Origin: Vicinamibacteria bacterium
GTDB taxonomy: Bacteria; Acidobacteriota; Vicinamibacteria; Marinacidobacterales; Marinacidobacteraceae
Length of the DNA: 64,000 nucleotides
Direction: 5' to 3'
Assembly: GCA_964291235.2 (NCBI GenBank)
Contig: OZ219816.1
Span: 608,001 to 672,000, forward strand
Below, piece after piece: positions 38,597 to 48,754 of this stretch; position 1 is the stretch's first letter, and the number at the start of each line of letters is the position of its first letter. The translations under genes were made by a program, and so were the position numbers. Under the pieces are notes generated by a model. It did not search any database. It was given only the letters and a program-made list of their open reading frames with translations, and was not told the origin of the DNA.

Positions 38597-39807
38597 CGCT
38601 CTTCCGGCGCCGGGAGCGTGACGCGCGTGGGGCGATCCTGCCGGTACCCCAGGGCGTAGTCGGCCTGCATGAGGGTGTGGATTTCGCGAGTTCCCTCGTA
38701 GATGACGGCGCCCTTGGAGTTCCTCCAGAAGCGTCCCACCGGATACTCGTCGGAGTAACCGTAGGAGCCGTGGATCTGGATGGCGTCCGAAGCCGCCCGT
38801 TCCGAGGCGACCGTGGACACCCACTTGGCGAGGGAAGTCTCGCGGGTGTTGCGGCGCCCGCGATTCTTCAGCTCTCCCGCACGGAGCCACAGGAGCCGGC
38901 TGATCTCGTAGTCCCGCTCCATGTTTGCGATCATCTGCTTGACCAGTTGGTGCCGGCCAATCTCCTGACCGAAGGTCGTTCGGGCGCGCGCCCACCGCAC
39001 GCTCTCGTCCCGGCAGGCGCGGATGAGTCCGGTGGCGCCGGCGGCGACCGTGTAGCGGCCCTGATCCAGGGCGAACATCGCGATCTTGAAGCCTTCGCCC
39101 TCTTCCCCGAGCCGGTTCTCTGCCGGAACGCGAACCTCGTGCATTCGGAACCAGCCCGTGTTGCCGGCGCGGATTCCCCATTTGTGGGTCATGTTTCCCG
39201 ACTCGAAGCCCGGGAAGGAGCGCTCCACGATGAAGGCCGAGAGTCCCGAATGATCCCTCCGGGCGCGTTTGTCCGGGTCTGTCCAGGCGATCACCAGGAA
39301 GTTGTCGGCAATCTCCGCCAGGGAGATCCAGTGTTTTTCGCCTGTCAGCACGTAGTCGGCCCCATCGCGCCGGGCCGTGGCTCGAATGCCGACCGCGTCG
39401 CTGCCGGCGTCGGGCTCGGTAAGCCCGTAGGTGGCGATCTCCTTCCCCTCGGCCTGCGGCCGCAGGTAGCGCTCCTTGTGGAACTCGGTGCCCCACGCCA
39501 GCAGCGAGAGGGAATTCAAACCTGCATGGACGGACATGATGACCCGCAGCGAGGTGTCCACGTACTCGAGTTCCTCGCAGGCCAACCCCAGGGAGATGTA
39601 ATCGAGTCCGGCGCCCCCGTGGCGCTCGGGCACACAGATCCCCAGGATGCCGAGCTCGCCCAGTCCCTTGAGAACGTCGCGATCGAAAACCTTGGCCGCG
39701 TCGTTGTCGCGGATATGCGGCGATACCTCGCGGGTGGCGAATTCGCGAACCAGCGATTCCGTCGCGCGGTGTTCCTCGTTCAGATCAAAGTTCAGACTGT
39801 CAGCCAA
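38593..39807 (-). CDS. Acyl-CoA dehydrogenase family protein
   Basis: LTEPDAGSD, GEKHWIS, GEEGEGF, LDQGR, RTTFG, QIHGSYGY, IYEGT. Confidence 0.93.
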   Translation of the reverse strand: MADSLNFDLNEEHRATESLVREFATREVSPHIRDNDAAKVFDRDVLKGLGELGILGICVPERHGGAGLDYISLGLACEELEYVDTSLRVIMSVHAGLNSLSLLAWGTEFHKERYLRPQAEGKEIATYGLTEPDAGSDAVGIRATARRDGADYVLTGEKHWISLAEIADNFLVIAWTDPDKRARRDHSGLSAFIVERSFPGFESGNMTHKWGIRAGNTGWFRMHEVRVPAENRLGEEGEGFKIAMFALDQGRYTVAAGATGLIRACRDESVRWARARTTFGQEIGRHQLVKQMIANMERDYEISRLLWLRAGELKNRGRRNTRETSLAKWVSTVASERAASDAIQIHGSYGYSDEYPVGRFWRNSKGAVIYEGTREIHTLMQADYALGYRQDRPTRVTLPAPEER

Positions 39808-40081
39808 GATTCCTGTTGCCTTTCCCGGTCCGATCGAGCAACCCACCAACGCGCGAACCGGTTTTCGAGTGGCGGTCCGTCCCGGCCGGCTCACGACGCT
39901 CCCGGTGGCGACCTGGTCGCCCGGTGTGCCCCCGGATGGCGCCTGACCCGCCCGGCGGGTTGCCGGTCCTGATGCTCGCCCTTTCGTTGTCCACGGATTG
40001 CCGGCCACTTCCGGCCGCGGTGCGGAGGGGCGGAGTATATGGGTGATTTGCGACTCGCCGGCCTGTCGGGGGCCGGCGCGG

Positions 40082-41695
40082 TCAGATCCCGCCGGCGAGC
40101 GCGGCGGCGGCCGCCTCGGCCTCCGCCTTGCGTTTGCTGGGGCCCACCCCTCTTCCCAGCGCGCGGCGCCCCGCGAGCACCTCCATGACGTAGGTCTTGT
40201 CGTGTTCGGGACCGCTCTCCGAGATGAGCCGGTACACCGGAAGCCGGCCCTCTTTCTTCACGAGCGTCTCCTGGAGAGCGCCCTTCGGGTTCTCCGTGGC
40301 GTCGGTCGCCGGCGCGGTCTTGTCGCGCGCTTCTGGTTCGGCGCCGGAGGGCGGGGCTCGCCTGGCTCCCCTCCGGCTCCTGGCGGACTGTTGCTCGAGG
40401 CGCGCGAGCGCTTGGCGCGCCGCATCTTTCTCGGCTTCCTTCAGGCCGCGGCCGGTGCCCGTTTCGACCAGTCCGCCCGCCAGCCGCAGGGTCACCGACA
40501 CCGCACCCTCGCCCCGCGAGTTCCGTCCGCCGCGCTTCACGTCGTACCGTGGCGCCTCTTTACCGGCCTGCGCCAGGCGGTTTTGGAGAAGTGTCTTGGG
40601 GTCCAGGAGTTCCAGGTCGGGATCCTCGAGTTCCTCGAGGGCCGCCCGGAACGGCCGGCCCAGGGCACGCCGTGCGGCTCCCAGGCCGCCGTCGAGGTAG
40701 AGCGCCCCCATCACGGCTTCCGCGGTCGCGGCGCTGTCGTCATCGTTCCCCAGGGACCAGTGCTGGCTCAGCACCTGCGTGAATTCCCGGCTCTGCAGCC
40801 GCATCCTGGCGAGCGTCATCCGTCCTTCGTCCCAGTCGGGGAAATGGTTGTGGAGCGCCTCGGCGAGCATGAGATGCATGACGTCGCGCCCGAGAAAGCG
40901 CAGCGCCGGCCGGTTGGCAGTCCGGGCCGACCGGTCATGCCCCGGCGATCGCGGCCCCGGGCCCCGTCGTCCCCGGCCCCCCCGTTGCCGGCCGCGCCGC
41001 GGTCCCGAGGAGCGTTCCCCGTCGCTCTTCTCGAGCGCCACCGCCAGGATTGCCGGATCGGCGAAGGTGTATCCCAGTGCTCGTTCGACGTCCTTCCGAA
41101 GCAACAGCAGACGACGGGTGAAACGGACACCGAGCGGACCCACGGCTCGTAGCCCGGTTCCCAGGCGACGGCCCCATCCCGGAACGCCTTCGAGCGGCTC
41201 CAGCCGGAATCGCTTGAGTTTCCTCGCAAAAGCTGCTCCCAGGATCCCCCGCGCCGCCGGCATGCCGCCGTCGAGATAGGCGGCCCCGAGGACTGCTTCG
41301 AAGACGTTCGCCAGGATGCGGTCGGAAGACCGGACTTCTTCTCCGGAATTCCGGCCGCGTCCAACCCGGATGCCCTCGTCCAGTGAAAGAGTTCGCGCCG
41401 CCGCCGCCAGCGACTGGTTGCTGACCAGCTCGGACTTGGTCTCCTGACGCCTCTGGCCGTCCCAGTGCGGCCGCTGCCGGTGCACGGACTCGGTGACGAC
41501 GAGTCCGAGTGCCGCGTCCCCGACAAACTCCAGTCGTTCGTAGTCCGCCACCGCGTGGTCGTTGCGATACGAGCCATGCGTCAGGGCTTCCTGGAGCAGC
41601 TCGATGTTCCGGAATCGGTACCCGAGTCCGCGGGCAAACTCCACGACCGGGCGATGGTTGGAGGCCGATGTGCGCCGGCGTCGTCGTCTGGCCAT
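40082..41695 (-). CDS. rnc: Ribonuclease III, atypical tandem architecture (RIII, degenerate RIII, two dsRBDs)
   Basis: Domain 1: LGYRF...ALTHGS, ERLEFVGDAAL, FEAVLGAAYLD. Domain 2: LGYTF, LRFLGRDVM, EGRMT, AEAVMGALYLD. dsRBDs: DPKTLLQ...KEAEKDAA and NPKGALQE...GPEHDK...SKRKAE. Confidence 0.85.
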   Translation of the reverse strand: MARRRRRRTSASNHRPVVEFARGLGYRFRNIELLQEALTHGSYRNDHAVADYERLEFVGDAALGLVVTESVHRQRPHWDGQRRQETKSELVSNQSLAAAARTLSLDEGIRVGRGRNSGEEVRSSDRILANVFEAVLGAAYLDGGMPAARGILGAAFARKLKRFRLEPLEGVPGWGRRLGTGLRAVGPLGVRFTRRLLLLRKDVERALGYTFADPAILAVALEKSDGERSSGPRRGRQRGGRGRRGPGPRSPGHDRSARTANRPALRFLGRDVMHLMLAEALHNHFPDWDEGRMTLARMRLQSREFTQVLSQHWSLGNDDDSAATAEAVMGALYLDGGLGAARRALGRPFRAALEELEDPDLELLDPKTLLQNRLAQAGKEAPRYDVKRGGRNSRGEGAVSVTLRLAGGLVETGTGRGLKEAEKDAARQALARLEQQSARSRRGARRAPPSGAEPEARDKTAPATDATENPKGALQETLVKKEGRLPVYRLISESGPEHDKTYVMEVLAGRRALGRGVGPSKRKAEAEAAAAALAGGI

Positions 41696-41696
41696 C

Positions 41697-43898
41697 TCAG
41701 TCCACCCGCACCAGGACCATCGTCAGGTCATCGGTGTACGTCTCGGAGCCCGTGAACTCCAGGACCGCGTTTTCGACCCTCCGCTGCAGATCTGCCGGCG
41801 GCAGGGCCGCCCCCTCCTCAAGGAGCCGCATCAGTCTTTCCTCCCCAAACATGTCGGACTCGGAGTTCATCGCTTCGGAGACGCCGTCCGTAAAAAAGAG
41901 CCAGGTTTCCCCGCGGTTGAGACGCTCGGAGCGCTCTTCGAGGATTTCGTCGAAGACCGGTCCGGGATCCAGGGCCAACCCGAGCCCGGCGGGAACCAGC
42001 GCTTCCGAGCGAGGCCAGTCCCCGTCCCGCCGGATCAGGTGAAGGAGCGGGCTGTGGCCCGCCCGCGCGAAAGTTACCCGACCTGCCGCGGAGTCGAACA
42101 CCGCGTAGGTGATGGTGATGAAGGTGCGGGCATCGAGTGCGTTGTGAAGCACCCGGTTGGCCTCCACCAGAACCTTGCGGGGAGATTCGTGGATTCGGCT
42201 CAGGGCGAGCATCAGGCCCTTGAGTTCCGCCATGATGAACGCCGCCCGGGTCCCGGTCCCGGAGACGTCCGCGATCACGACCCCGAGCCGATTCGGCCCC
42301 AGCGGGATCAGGTCGTAGTAGTCGCCCCCGACCTCGGTTGCCGGCCGGCAGACGGCGGCGAGGGCGAATCCCGGCACGAGGACGGATCCCTCGGGAGGGA
42401 GAAGGCGCGCCTGCGACTGCCGCGCCGTTTCCATCTCCTGCTCGAGCACCGCCGCGCGCCGCAGACGTCCCATGTCGTCGGCAATCTTGGCGGTCATGAT
42501 GTTGAAGGAACTGGCGAGCTCTCCGAGCTGGTCGGGGGACGCGGCGTGCACCTGATGGCCGAAATTTCCGCTGCGAACCAGGTCCGTTCCCTGGCTCAGC
42601 GCCTCGACCGATCGGGTGATCGAGCGCGCCAGCCGGAGCCCGGCGGCGAACGCGACACCCTCGATGAGCAAGAAGACGACGGCCAGGGCGCCGAGGACGA
42701 GCAGCAAACCGCTGCGCCAATCCTGGTTGCTGATGGCCACGGACTCCGAGAGCCCGCTCGTGGTCCCCTGGATCAGGTGGATCGGGGCGAAGCCGATCGC
42801 CACCATGACCGTGCCTCCCTCCATGTCGGGTCCCCAGGGAACGGCCTCGAGCAACAGCGGCTCGTCCCAGTCGATGGTGAAGCGGTCGCTTTCGGCCCCC
42901 GGGAAACGCAGTGGCGCCGGCGGGTTCTCGCTCTCGTCGCCGAGGTAGAGCGCCCAGACGGTGCGAACGATCAGATCTTCCTCCCGGGCGCTTTGCTCGA
43001 GGAGCGGCGCGAGCGGAGACAGCACCAGCGCGAGGCGATCCCCGCCCGGGGCCGGGACCAGGGCGCCGAACCAATCGTCGTCCTCCATCTGCACCACGCC
43101 CTCGTAGGGGCCGAGCGCCCACTCCGGGACCGGATCGGACTCCCGGATGGGGCCGCCGTCACCGGAACCCGTCAGCTGGACGATGCGGCCCTCCTCGACT
43201 TCGAGAAGCCAGGCCGCCGCGCCCGGAGCGAAAGGAGTGACCCGGGCGACGGCCTCCTCGAGTCCGCGAGCGATTTCCGGCGGAGCGGATCCTGGTGGAA
43301 TCTCCAGGAGGGTTTGCCTGGCGGCGGAAGCGAATGCCATGCCCCGGGCCCCCAGGTTCGTCTGGAAGGCGTAGGACCCGTAGAGCCCCAACACCACGTA
43401 GAAGGCGAGCAGGAAGAACGCACTGAGCAGCAGGACGGGTAACAGCCCCACGAAGAGATAGGAGACCGCCAACTTCCGGCGCACCGGATAGAGCAGCCAC
43501 TGAAGCAGGTCGCGCCCGAAGTACACGACGACCGCCCCCAGCGTGATGGCGAAGACCGTCCAGGCGTCGGCCGTCCAGGAGCGGGGCAGGGCGCCCGCCG
43601 AGGACAGCGAGGCGACGGCTCCGACACCGAGCAGGAATCGACCGGGCCAGGAGCGGGCCAGCGCCCGTGCCGCGCGCTCGAGGCCCTTGAGGAGCGAGCC
43701 GGAGTGCGCCGGCGTCGCCGGGGAGGAGGCGGGAGGGGAGGCCGGCGTGGCCGGACGTCCCGTGGGCTGCGTTGAGTCTTGGGTTGAGATGTTCTGGTGT
43801 GCGGGTGTTTCAGGAAGGGCAGTTGGCCGGATTGCCGAATCCGGGCCGTTCCCCGTGAGCTCCGGTTCGGCGCTTTTCGGCGGGGTACGCGCTCTCAC
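41697..43898 (-). CDS. Membrane HAMP plus PP2C/SpoIIE (RsbU-like) serine phosphatase
   Basis: TM segments, HAMP (ITRSVEAL...DQLGELASSFNIM), VGGDYYD, IADVSG, RAGH, TDGVSE, DDLT. Start uncertain. Confidence 0.9.
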   Translation of the reverse strand: MRARTPPKSAEPELTGNGPDSAIRPTALPETPAHQNISTQDSTQPTGRPATPASPPASSPATPAHSGSLLKGLERAARALARSWPGRFLLGVGAVASLSSAGALPRSWTADAWTVFAITLGAVVVYFGRDLLQWLLYPVRRKLAVSYLFVGLLPVLLLSAFFLLAFYVVLGLYGSYAFQTNLGARGMAFASAARQTLLEIPPGSAPPEIARGLEEAVARVTPFAPGAAAWLLEVEEGRIVQLTGSGDGGPIRESDPVPEWALGPYEGVVQMEDDDWFGALVPAPGGDRLALVLSPLAPLLEQSAREEDLIVRTVWALYLGDESENPPAPLRFPGAESDRFTIDWDEPLLLEAVPWGPDMEGGTVMVAIGFAPIHLIQGTTSGLSESVAISNQDWRSGLLLVLGALAVVFLLIEGVAFAAGLRLARSITRSVEALSQGTDLVRSGNFGHQVHAASPDQLGELASSFNIMTAKIADDMGRLRRAAVLEQEMETARQSQARLLPPEGSVLVPGFALAAVCRPATEVGGDYYDLIPLGPNRLGVVIADVSGTGTRAAFIMAELKGLMLALSRIHESPRKVLVEANRVLHNALDARTFITITYAVFDSAAGRVTFARAGHSPLLHLIRRDGDWPRSEALVPAGLGLALDPGPVFDEILEERSERLNRGETWLFFTDGVSEAMNSESDMFGEERLMRLLEEGAALPPADLQRRVENAVLEFTGSETYTDDLTMVLVRVD

Positions 43899-44137
43899 AC
43901 TCGAAACCCGACGGCTCGGCGCCGGCTGCGGAACGGGTCAAATGCCCAACTGCGGTGCGGTGCCGAGATGCCGGGTCTGGCGACGGTTCTGAACCGGAAC
44001 GCGCAATAGATCGGCCAGATTCCGCCAGGCGAGGCCCCGCTTGGAATGGTCCGAACACCGCGATACGGGTCGGAAGCGCCGGCGCGCGCCGGTCTGGTGT
44101 GATCCGCCGACGTCCCGAGTGCTCCATGGAATCCTAG

Positions 44138-44316
44138 CAGCCTGTGGTGAAACCCGCGTGAGCGCCGAGACGGGCGAGGCGCCCGGCTGACAAGGCGCGT
44201 GAGGGAGGAATACCGAGTGTATTTCGACCGAAACGCAACGATGAGCGCCTCGTAGAGGTGCGGTTCAGCCGGGATGCACCGCCTGTTGAACGCCACGTGG
44301 GTTTTGCCACAGGCTG
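44138..44316. mobile_element. MITE, 179-bp form without the 18-bp modules
   Basis: TIRs CAGCCTGTGGTGAAACCC / GGGTTTTGCCACAGGCTG; CTAG duplicated on both sides. Confidence 0.9.
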
Positions 44317-44377
44317 CTAGCAGCCCTTGAACTGGGTCAGCCGGGCGGCGCGCCGTACACTCCGGCTGGTCACCGCC

Positions 44378-45151
44378 ATGGGTCTTGCACATCGCTGCCT
44401 CCCCGGAGCCCTCGTTCTGTTGGCCGGGCTTGCCGCGGCCGAACCGATGCCCGTTTCCCAGGTTGCCGAAGAAGGGCCGTTTGCCGTGCGGCTCCATGGG
44501 GTGGTGAAACAGCAAGCCGGGGGGATGGCGCTCTTGCAGTTCGGCGCCGGTCGGCCGCTCACGCTCCGGGTCGGCGATTCCCATGGGGGATTCACGTTGG
44601 TTCAACTGCTCGCCGATGGCGTGCGGATGAAGGCTCCGGACGGTGAGACGTTCGACGTGGATTTGCCCGGTGCTTTCGCCCCAGCGGAGGTTGGGAAGTC
44701 TCCGACCGCTCCGCAGCCCTCCGCGCGAATGGGGTCCCCGGCGGAACCTCCGTCCGGCGCCGCAGTGCTGCTGGAATCTCCGCCGGACATACCGCTCGCG
44801 GCCCCGGCCTCGGGGGATCCGGAGGCAACGGGAGAGAGGACCTTTTCGCGAGACGAGGTGCGCCTCCGGCTCCAGACCGAGCTACCGCGGATCCTGGCGA
44901 GTGCGGTCGTGGCTCCGCGGGTGCTGGGACACGAGGTCGCCGGACTGGAACTGGTCGCCTTTCCGACGGATACGGTGCTCGGCGAAACGGGACTGGTTCC
45001 GGGCGACGTCTTGTTGACCGTCAACGGCAGGGACGTTCGCGGAGCCGAGTCCCTGGCCGTACTCGTCCAGCGGTTCCAGACGGCAAGCCAGATCGACCTG
45101 ACGGTGGATCGCGACGGAGAGATTCTTCCGTTGCGCTACCGGATCGAGTAG
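44378..45151 (+). CDS. GspC-like (type II secretion protein C) PDZ-domain protein
   Basis: N-terminal hydrophobic segment, LHGVV...LRVGD HR-like domain, C-terminal PDZ GLVPGDVLLTVNG...VDRDG..LRY. Confidence 0.65.
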   Translation: MGLAHRCLPGALVLLAGLAAAEPMPVSQVAEEGPFAVRLHGVVKQQAGGMALLQFGAGRPLTLRVGDSHGGFTLVQLLADGVRMKAPDGETFDVDLPGAFAPAEVGKSPTAPQPSARMGSPAEPPSGAAVLLESPPDIPLAAPASGDPEATGERTFSRDEVRLRLQTELPRILASAVVAPRVLGHEVAGLELVAFPTDTVLGETGLVPGDVLLTVNGRDVRGAESLAVLVQRFQTASQIDLTVDRDGEILPLRYRIE

Positions 45152-45275
45152 GCGAGCCTTCGAACCCATTCCAGGCGCCGTCCCGCAAGCGCGCCGGAAC
45201 GCGTGTTGTGGGGCCGCGCGTCGGTCCGCGTCAGTGAAACGTCGGTGAGAGATCCGATGCGATGTCCGGGAGGCG

Positions 45276-45689
45276 TCAGCGCGGTGTCCGGGCGCCTGGT
45301 CCGGGCGGTTGGAGCAAGACGACGATCTCACCCGGCTCCACCAGTTGGTGATGGGTCTTGGCGTGGACTTCGAGTGCGGCCGGATCCTGCCGCAGCGACG
45401 CGATGGAATCCCGCAGCCCGGTGGCTTCCAGGGAAAGGCGCTCCACCTCGGTGGCCAACCGGTCCCGAAGCCGGCCCTGTTCGGTCAGCGATTCGAGGCC
45501 GCTGACGCCGACGGCGGCGGCGGACACCCCGATGAGCACGATGGCGACGATGGGCGCCGCCCGCCCGGTCCGCTCGACCGCAATCCGCCCCCATCCGGCA
45601 ACGCCCTGCAGAACCCGACCGGCGGCAGCGGCGAGCTTGCGACGCGACTCGCCAAGCGTGGAGTTGACCGCCTCAATTGAGAAGTTCAT
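45276..45689 (-). CDS. FtsB/DivIC septum formation initiator family protein
   Basis: One TM helix, coiled coil, LRQDPAALEVHAK...LVEPGE motif. Confidence 0.75.
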   Translation of the reverse strand: MNFSIEAVNSTLGESRRKLAAAAGRVLQGVAGWGRIAVERTGRAAPIVAIVLIGVSAAAVGVSGLESLTEQGRLRDRLATEVERLSLEATGLRDSIASLRQDPAALEVHAKTHHQLVEPGEIVVLLQPPGPGARTPR

Positions 45690-45773
45690 GGATCCGGCAA
45701 GAAATCTGCCGAGGTAGGGCTTCGCGCCCATTGTATGCGGAAGGGCGGTAGCGCCGGCCGGATCTTGGCATGA

Positions 45774-45829
45774 CAGCCCGGTGGTGAAACCCGCGTGAGC
45801 GCCGAGAGGCGGGGTCTTGCTGGCGGCTG
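45774..45829. mobile_element. Degenerate internally deleted MITE remnant
   Basis: GTGGTGAAACCCGCGTGAGCGCCGAGA identical to the start of the 44138 copy; decayed other end GGGTCTTGCTGGCGGCTG abuts the valS stop. Confidence 0.65.
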
Positions 45830-48742
45830 TTAGCGGGCCGCGCCGAGTTGCTCGGCAAGTTCCGCGAGTCGCTCGGCCTGATCGTTCAGGGAGGCGAGCC
45901 GCTCCCGCGCCTTGCTCACCACCGCGGGATCGGCGCGTTCGACAAAGCCGGCATTGGACAGGCGTTTCCGGGTGCTCTCCCGCTCCTTGTCGATGCGCTG
46001 CCGCTGTTTCGCGAGGCGGTGCCGCACGGCTTCGAGATCGACCGCCTGGCCCAGGTTGGTGCGCGCTTCGAACGCCGGGTCCACGACCGAAACCTGCCCC
46101 GCCGCCGTGGCCTCGTCGGCGTCTCGGCCGGTTGCCGATCCCGCTTCGGCGCGGCCGGCCACCGAGATGGACGACAAGCGGGCCAGGGAGCAGACCGGGC
46201 CGCTGCACTCCGCGAGCAGCGAGCCGAATCCGGTCAGCCCGCGGGATTCCCGCACCGACACCGCAAGTCGCAGGTCCGGGGGCAGTCCCGCATCGGCCCG
46301 GATCTTCCTGATCCCGCTGACCAGCCGCTGGAGGGCCTCGAATCGTTCTTCCAGCGCCCGGTCCCGCATTCCTCCCGCCGCCGGAAAGGCAGAGCGGGCC
46401 AGCAGGTCCTGGGTCGGGCGGTTGCCGTTCCACAGGTTCTTCTGGTCCATGGCCAGTCGGAGCCGGGAGAAGAGGTGCTCCGTTACGTAGGGAGTTACGG
46501 GATGAAGCAGGTGCAGGGTGTCGCTCAACACCGTCCCGAGGGTGGCGGCAGTGCGTCGCGCCGCCGCCGGGCCGGAGCGCAGGCGCACCTTGGCGAGTTC
46601 GACGTACCAGTCGCAGAGGTCGTTCCAGACGAATCGGTAGAGGACGCTGCCCACCGCGGAAAAGTCGAACTCGTCGAGGGCTCTCCGGACCTCATCGGCG
46701 CAGGCGCTCGCCCGGGAGATGATCCACCGGTCCTCGGCCTGCGGGTCCCCCAGGGGGCCGTCCGCTTCGATCTCGTCGAGAGCGAGCAGCGCGAAGCGGG
46801 ACGCATTCCAGAGCTTGGTGAGGAAGCGCCGGCCGATCTCGTGGAACTTGGCCAGCGACAGGCGCATCTCCTGTCCCTCGGAGCAAAGCCGCACCAGGGT
46901 GAACCGCAAGGCGTCGGCGCCCACGCCCTCGAAGCCATCCGGGAAACTCCGCTCGACCCGGCGCAGCAACTCCTTCATGTTCGTGGGACGCGCCTCTCGG
47001 ACCGGCCGCTGGAGGTCCGACAGCGTGGCGCCGTCGATCACCGCGAGCGGGTCCACTCCGTTTCCCTTGCTCTTGCTCATGACCGCGCCCCGTTCGTCGA
47101 GCACGGTGGGATGGATGTAAACATCCCGGTAGGGGAGCTGGCCGGTCATCTCGATCCCGGCGAAGTTCATCCGCGCGACCCAGAAGAAGAGGATTCCCTT
47201 GTCGGTGGAGAGGACTGACGTGGGGAAGTAGCGCGCCAGGTCCGGCGTCTCGTCCGGCCATCCGAGGGTGCTCATCGGCCAGAGCCAGGAACTGAACCAG
47301 GTGTCCAGGACGTCTTCGTCCTGACGCCAGGAGTCCGGGTCGGCGAGCACCTCCGGGGGAGTCTCCACCCCCACTGCCACGCGGCCCGTCTCCCGGTGAT
47401 GCCACGCGGGGATGCGGTGCCCCCACCAGATCTGCCGGCTGATCGTCCAGTCGCGGATCTCGATGAGCCAGCGGGCATAGACCTGTTCCCAGCGGGCCGG
47501 ATGGAAGCGGACCTCCCCCTCGCGCACCTTTGCCCATCCGTCCTCGCGCTTCTCGAAGCCGCTGCGACGAAGCGCCCGGTCGGCGAGCGGGCGCATCCGC
47601 ACGAACCACTGGTCGGAAAGGCGGTATTCGATGGGAGCTCCCGAGCGCTGCGCCCGGCCGAGCGGCACCTGATGCGGGGTCACCGCCTCGAGAAGGCCGG
47701 CGGCGTCCAGCGCGGTGACGGCTTCCCGGCGCGCCTCGTAGCGGTCGAGGCCACGGAACGCCTCGGGTACTTCGTCGTTGAGGGTTGCATCCTCATGCAT
47801 GACGTTTCGGGGAACGAGGCCGTGACGCTCTCCGATTTCGAAGTCGTGCGGGTCATGCGCGGGAGTGATCTTGAGACAACCGGTCCCGAAGTCCCGCTCC
47901 ACCCCGGAGTCGGCGATTACCGGAATTGACCGCCCGGTGAGGGGGAGGTGGACCTTCCGGCCGATGAAGTCGCCATACCGGGGATCTTCGGGGTGTACCG
48001 CGACCGCAACGTCTCCGAACAGTGTTTCGGGCCGGGTGGTCGCCACCGTGAGGCGCCGGCCGGGATCGCCCACCAACGGGTAGTGGATGCTCCACAGGTG
48101 ACCCGCCTCTCCCTCGGGCGCCGTTTCGACTTCGTCGTCGGAGAGTGCGGTCCGGTCCACCGGACACCAGTTGACGACGCGTTTCCCGCGATAGATGAGT
48201 CCACGGTCGTAGAGCGCCGCGAAGACGGTGCGCACCGCCCGGGAAAGCCCCTCGTCCATCGTGAACCGGGTGCGGCGGAAGTCGCAGGAACATCCCAGCT
48301 TCCGAAGCTGTTCCAGGATGACCCCCCCGAACTCCTCCCGCCATTTCCAGACCCGCTCCACGAAAGCCCCCCGTCCCAGCGCCCGGTAGTCCACGCCCTG
48401 GGCATCGAGGTGCTTGCGGACGACGGTCTGGGTGGAGATGCCCGCGTGGTCGGTTCCGGGGACCCAGAGGGCGTCGCGACCCTCCATCCGCCGGTAGCGG
48501 ACCAGCACATCCTGAATCGTGTTGTTGAGCGCGTGCCCCATGTGGAGGCGGCCGGTGATGTTGGGAGGCGGGATGACGATGGTGAAGGGTTTGCGTCCCG
48601 GGTCGCCGTCCGGCCGTATCCGGCCGGCGGAGTCCACCTCTGTTTCGAAGGCGCCGGCCCTTTCCCAGCGGTCCCACCCTTCGGCCTCGACGGCCGCCGG
48701 GTCGAAGCGGGTCGCGAGCGCTCCGTCCGGCCCGGTGCTCAT
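45830..48742 (-). CDS. valS: Valine--tRNA ligase
   Basis: PPPNITGRLHMGH, GTDHAGI, ATTRPET, DWTISRQIWWGH, DVLDTWFSS, VMSKSKGN, C-terminal coiled coil. Confidence 0.97.
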   Translation of the reverse strand: MSTGPDGALATRFDPAAVEAEGWDRWERAGAFETEVDSAGRIRPDGDPGRKPFTIVIPPPNITGRLHMGHALNNTIQDVLVRYRRMEGRDALWVPGTDHAGISTQTVVRKHLDAQGVDYRALGRGAFVERVWKWREEFGGVILEQLRKLGCSCDFRRTRFTMDEGLSRAVRTVFAALYDRGLIYRGKRVVNWCPVDRTALSDDEVETAPEGEAGHLWSIHYPLVGDPGRRLTVATTRPETLFGDVAVAVHPEDPRYGDFIGRKVHLPLTGRSIPVIADSGVERDFGTGCLKITPAHDPHDFEIGERHGLVPRNVMHEDATLNDEVPEAFRGLDRYEARREAVTALDAAGLLEAVTPHQVPLGRAQRSGAPIEYRLSDQWFVRMRPLADRALRRSGFEKREDGWAKVREGEVRFHPARWEQVYARWLIEIRDWTISRQIWWGHRIPAWHHRETGRVAVGVETPPEVLADPDSWRQDEDVLDTWFSSWLWPMSTLGWPDETPDLARYFPTSVLSTDKGILFFWVARMNFAGIEMTGQLPYRDVYIHPTVLDERGAVMSKSKGNGVDPLAVIDGATLSDLQRPVREARPTNMKELLRRVERSFPDGFEGVGADALRFTLVRLCSEGQEMRLSLAKFHEIGRRFLTKLWNASRFALLALDEIEADGPLGDPQAEDRWIISRASACADEVRRALDEFDFSAVGSVLYRFVWNDLCDWYVELAKVRLRSGPAAARRTAATLGTVLSDTLHLLHPVTPYVTEHLFSRLRLAMDQKNLWNGNRPTQDLLARSAFPAAGGMRDRALEERFEALQRLVSGIRKIRADAGLPPDLRLAVSVRESRGLTGFGSLLAECSGPVCSLARLSSISVAGRAEAGSATGRDADEATAAGQVSVVDPAFEARTNLGQAVDLEAVRHRLAKQRQRIDKERESTRKRLSNAGFVERADPAVVSKARERLASLNDQAERLAELAEQLGAAR

Positions 48743-48754
48743 TCCTGCGGCGAT

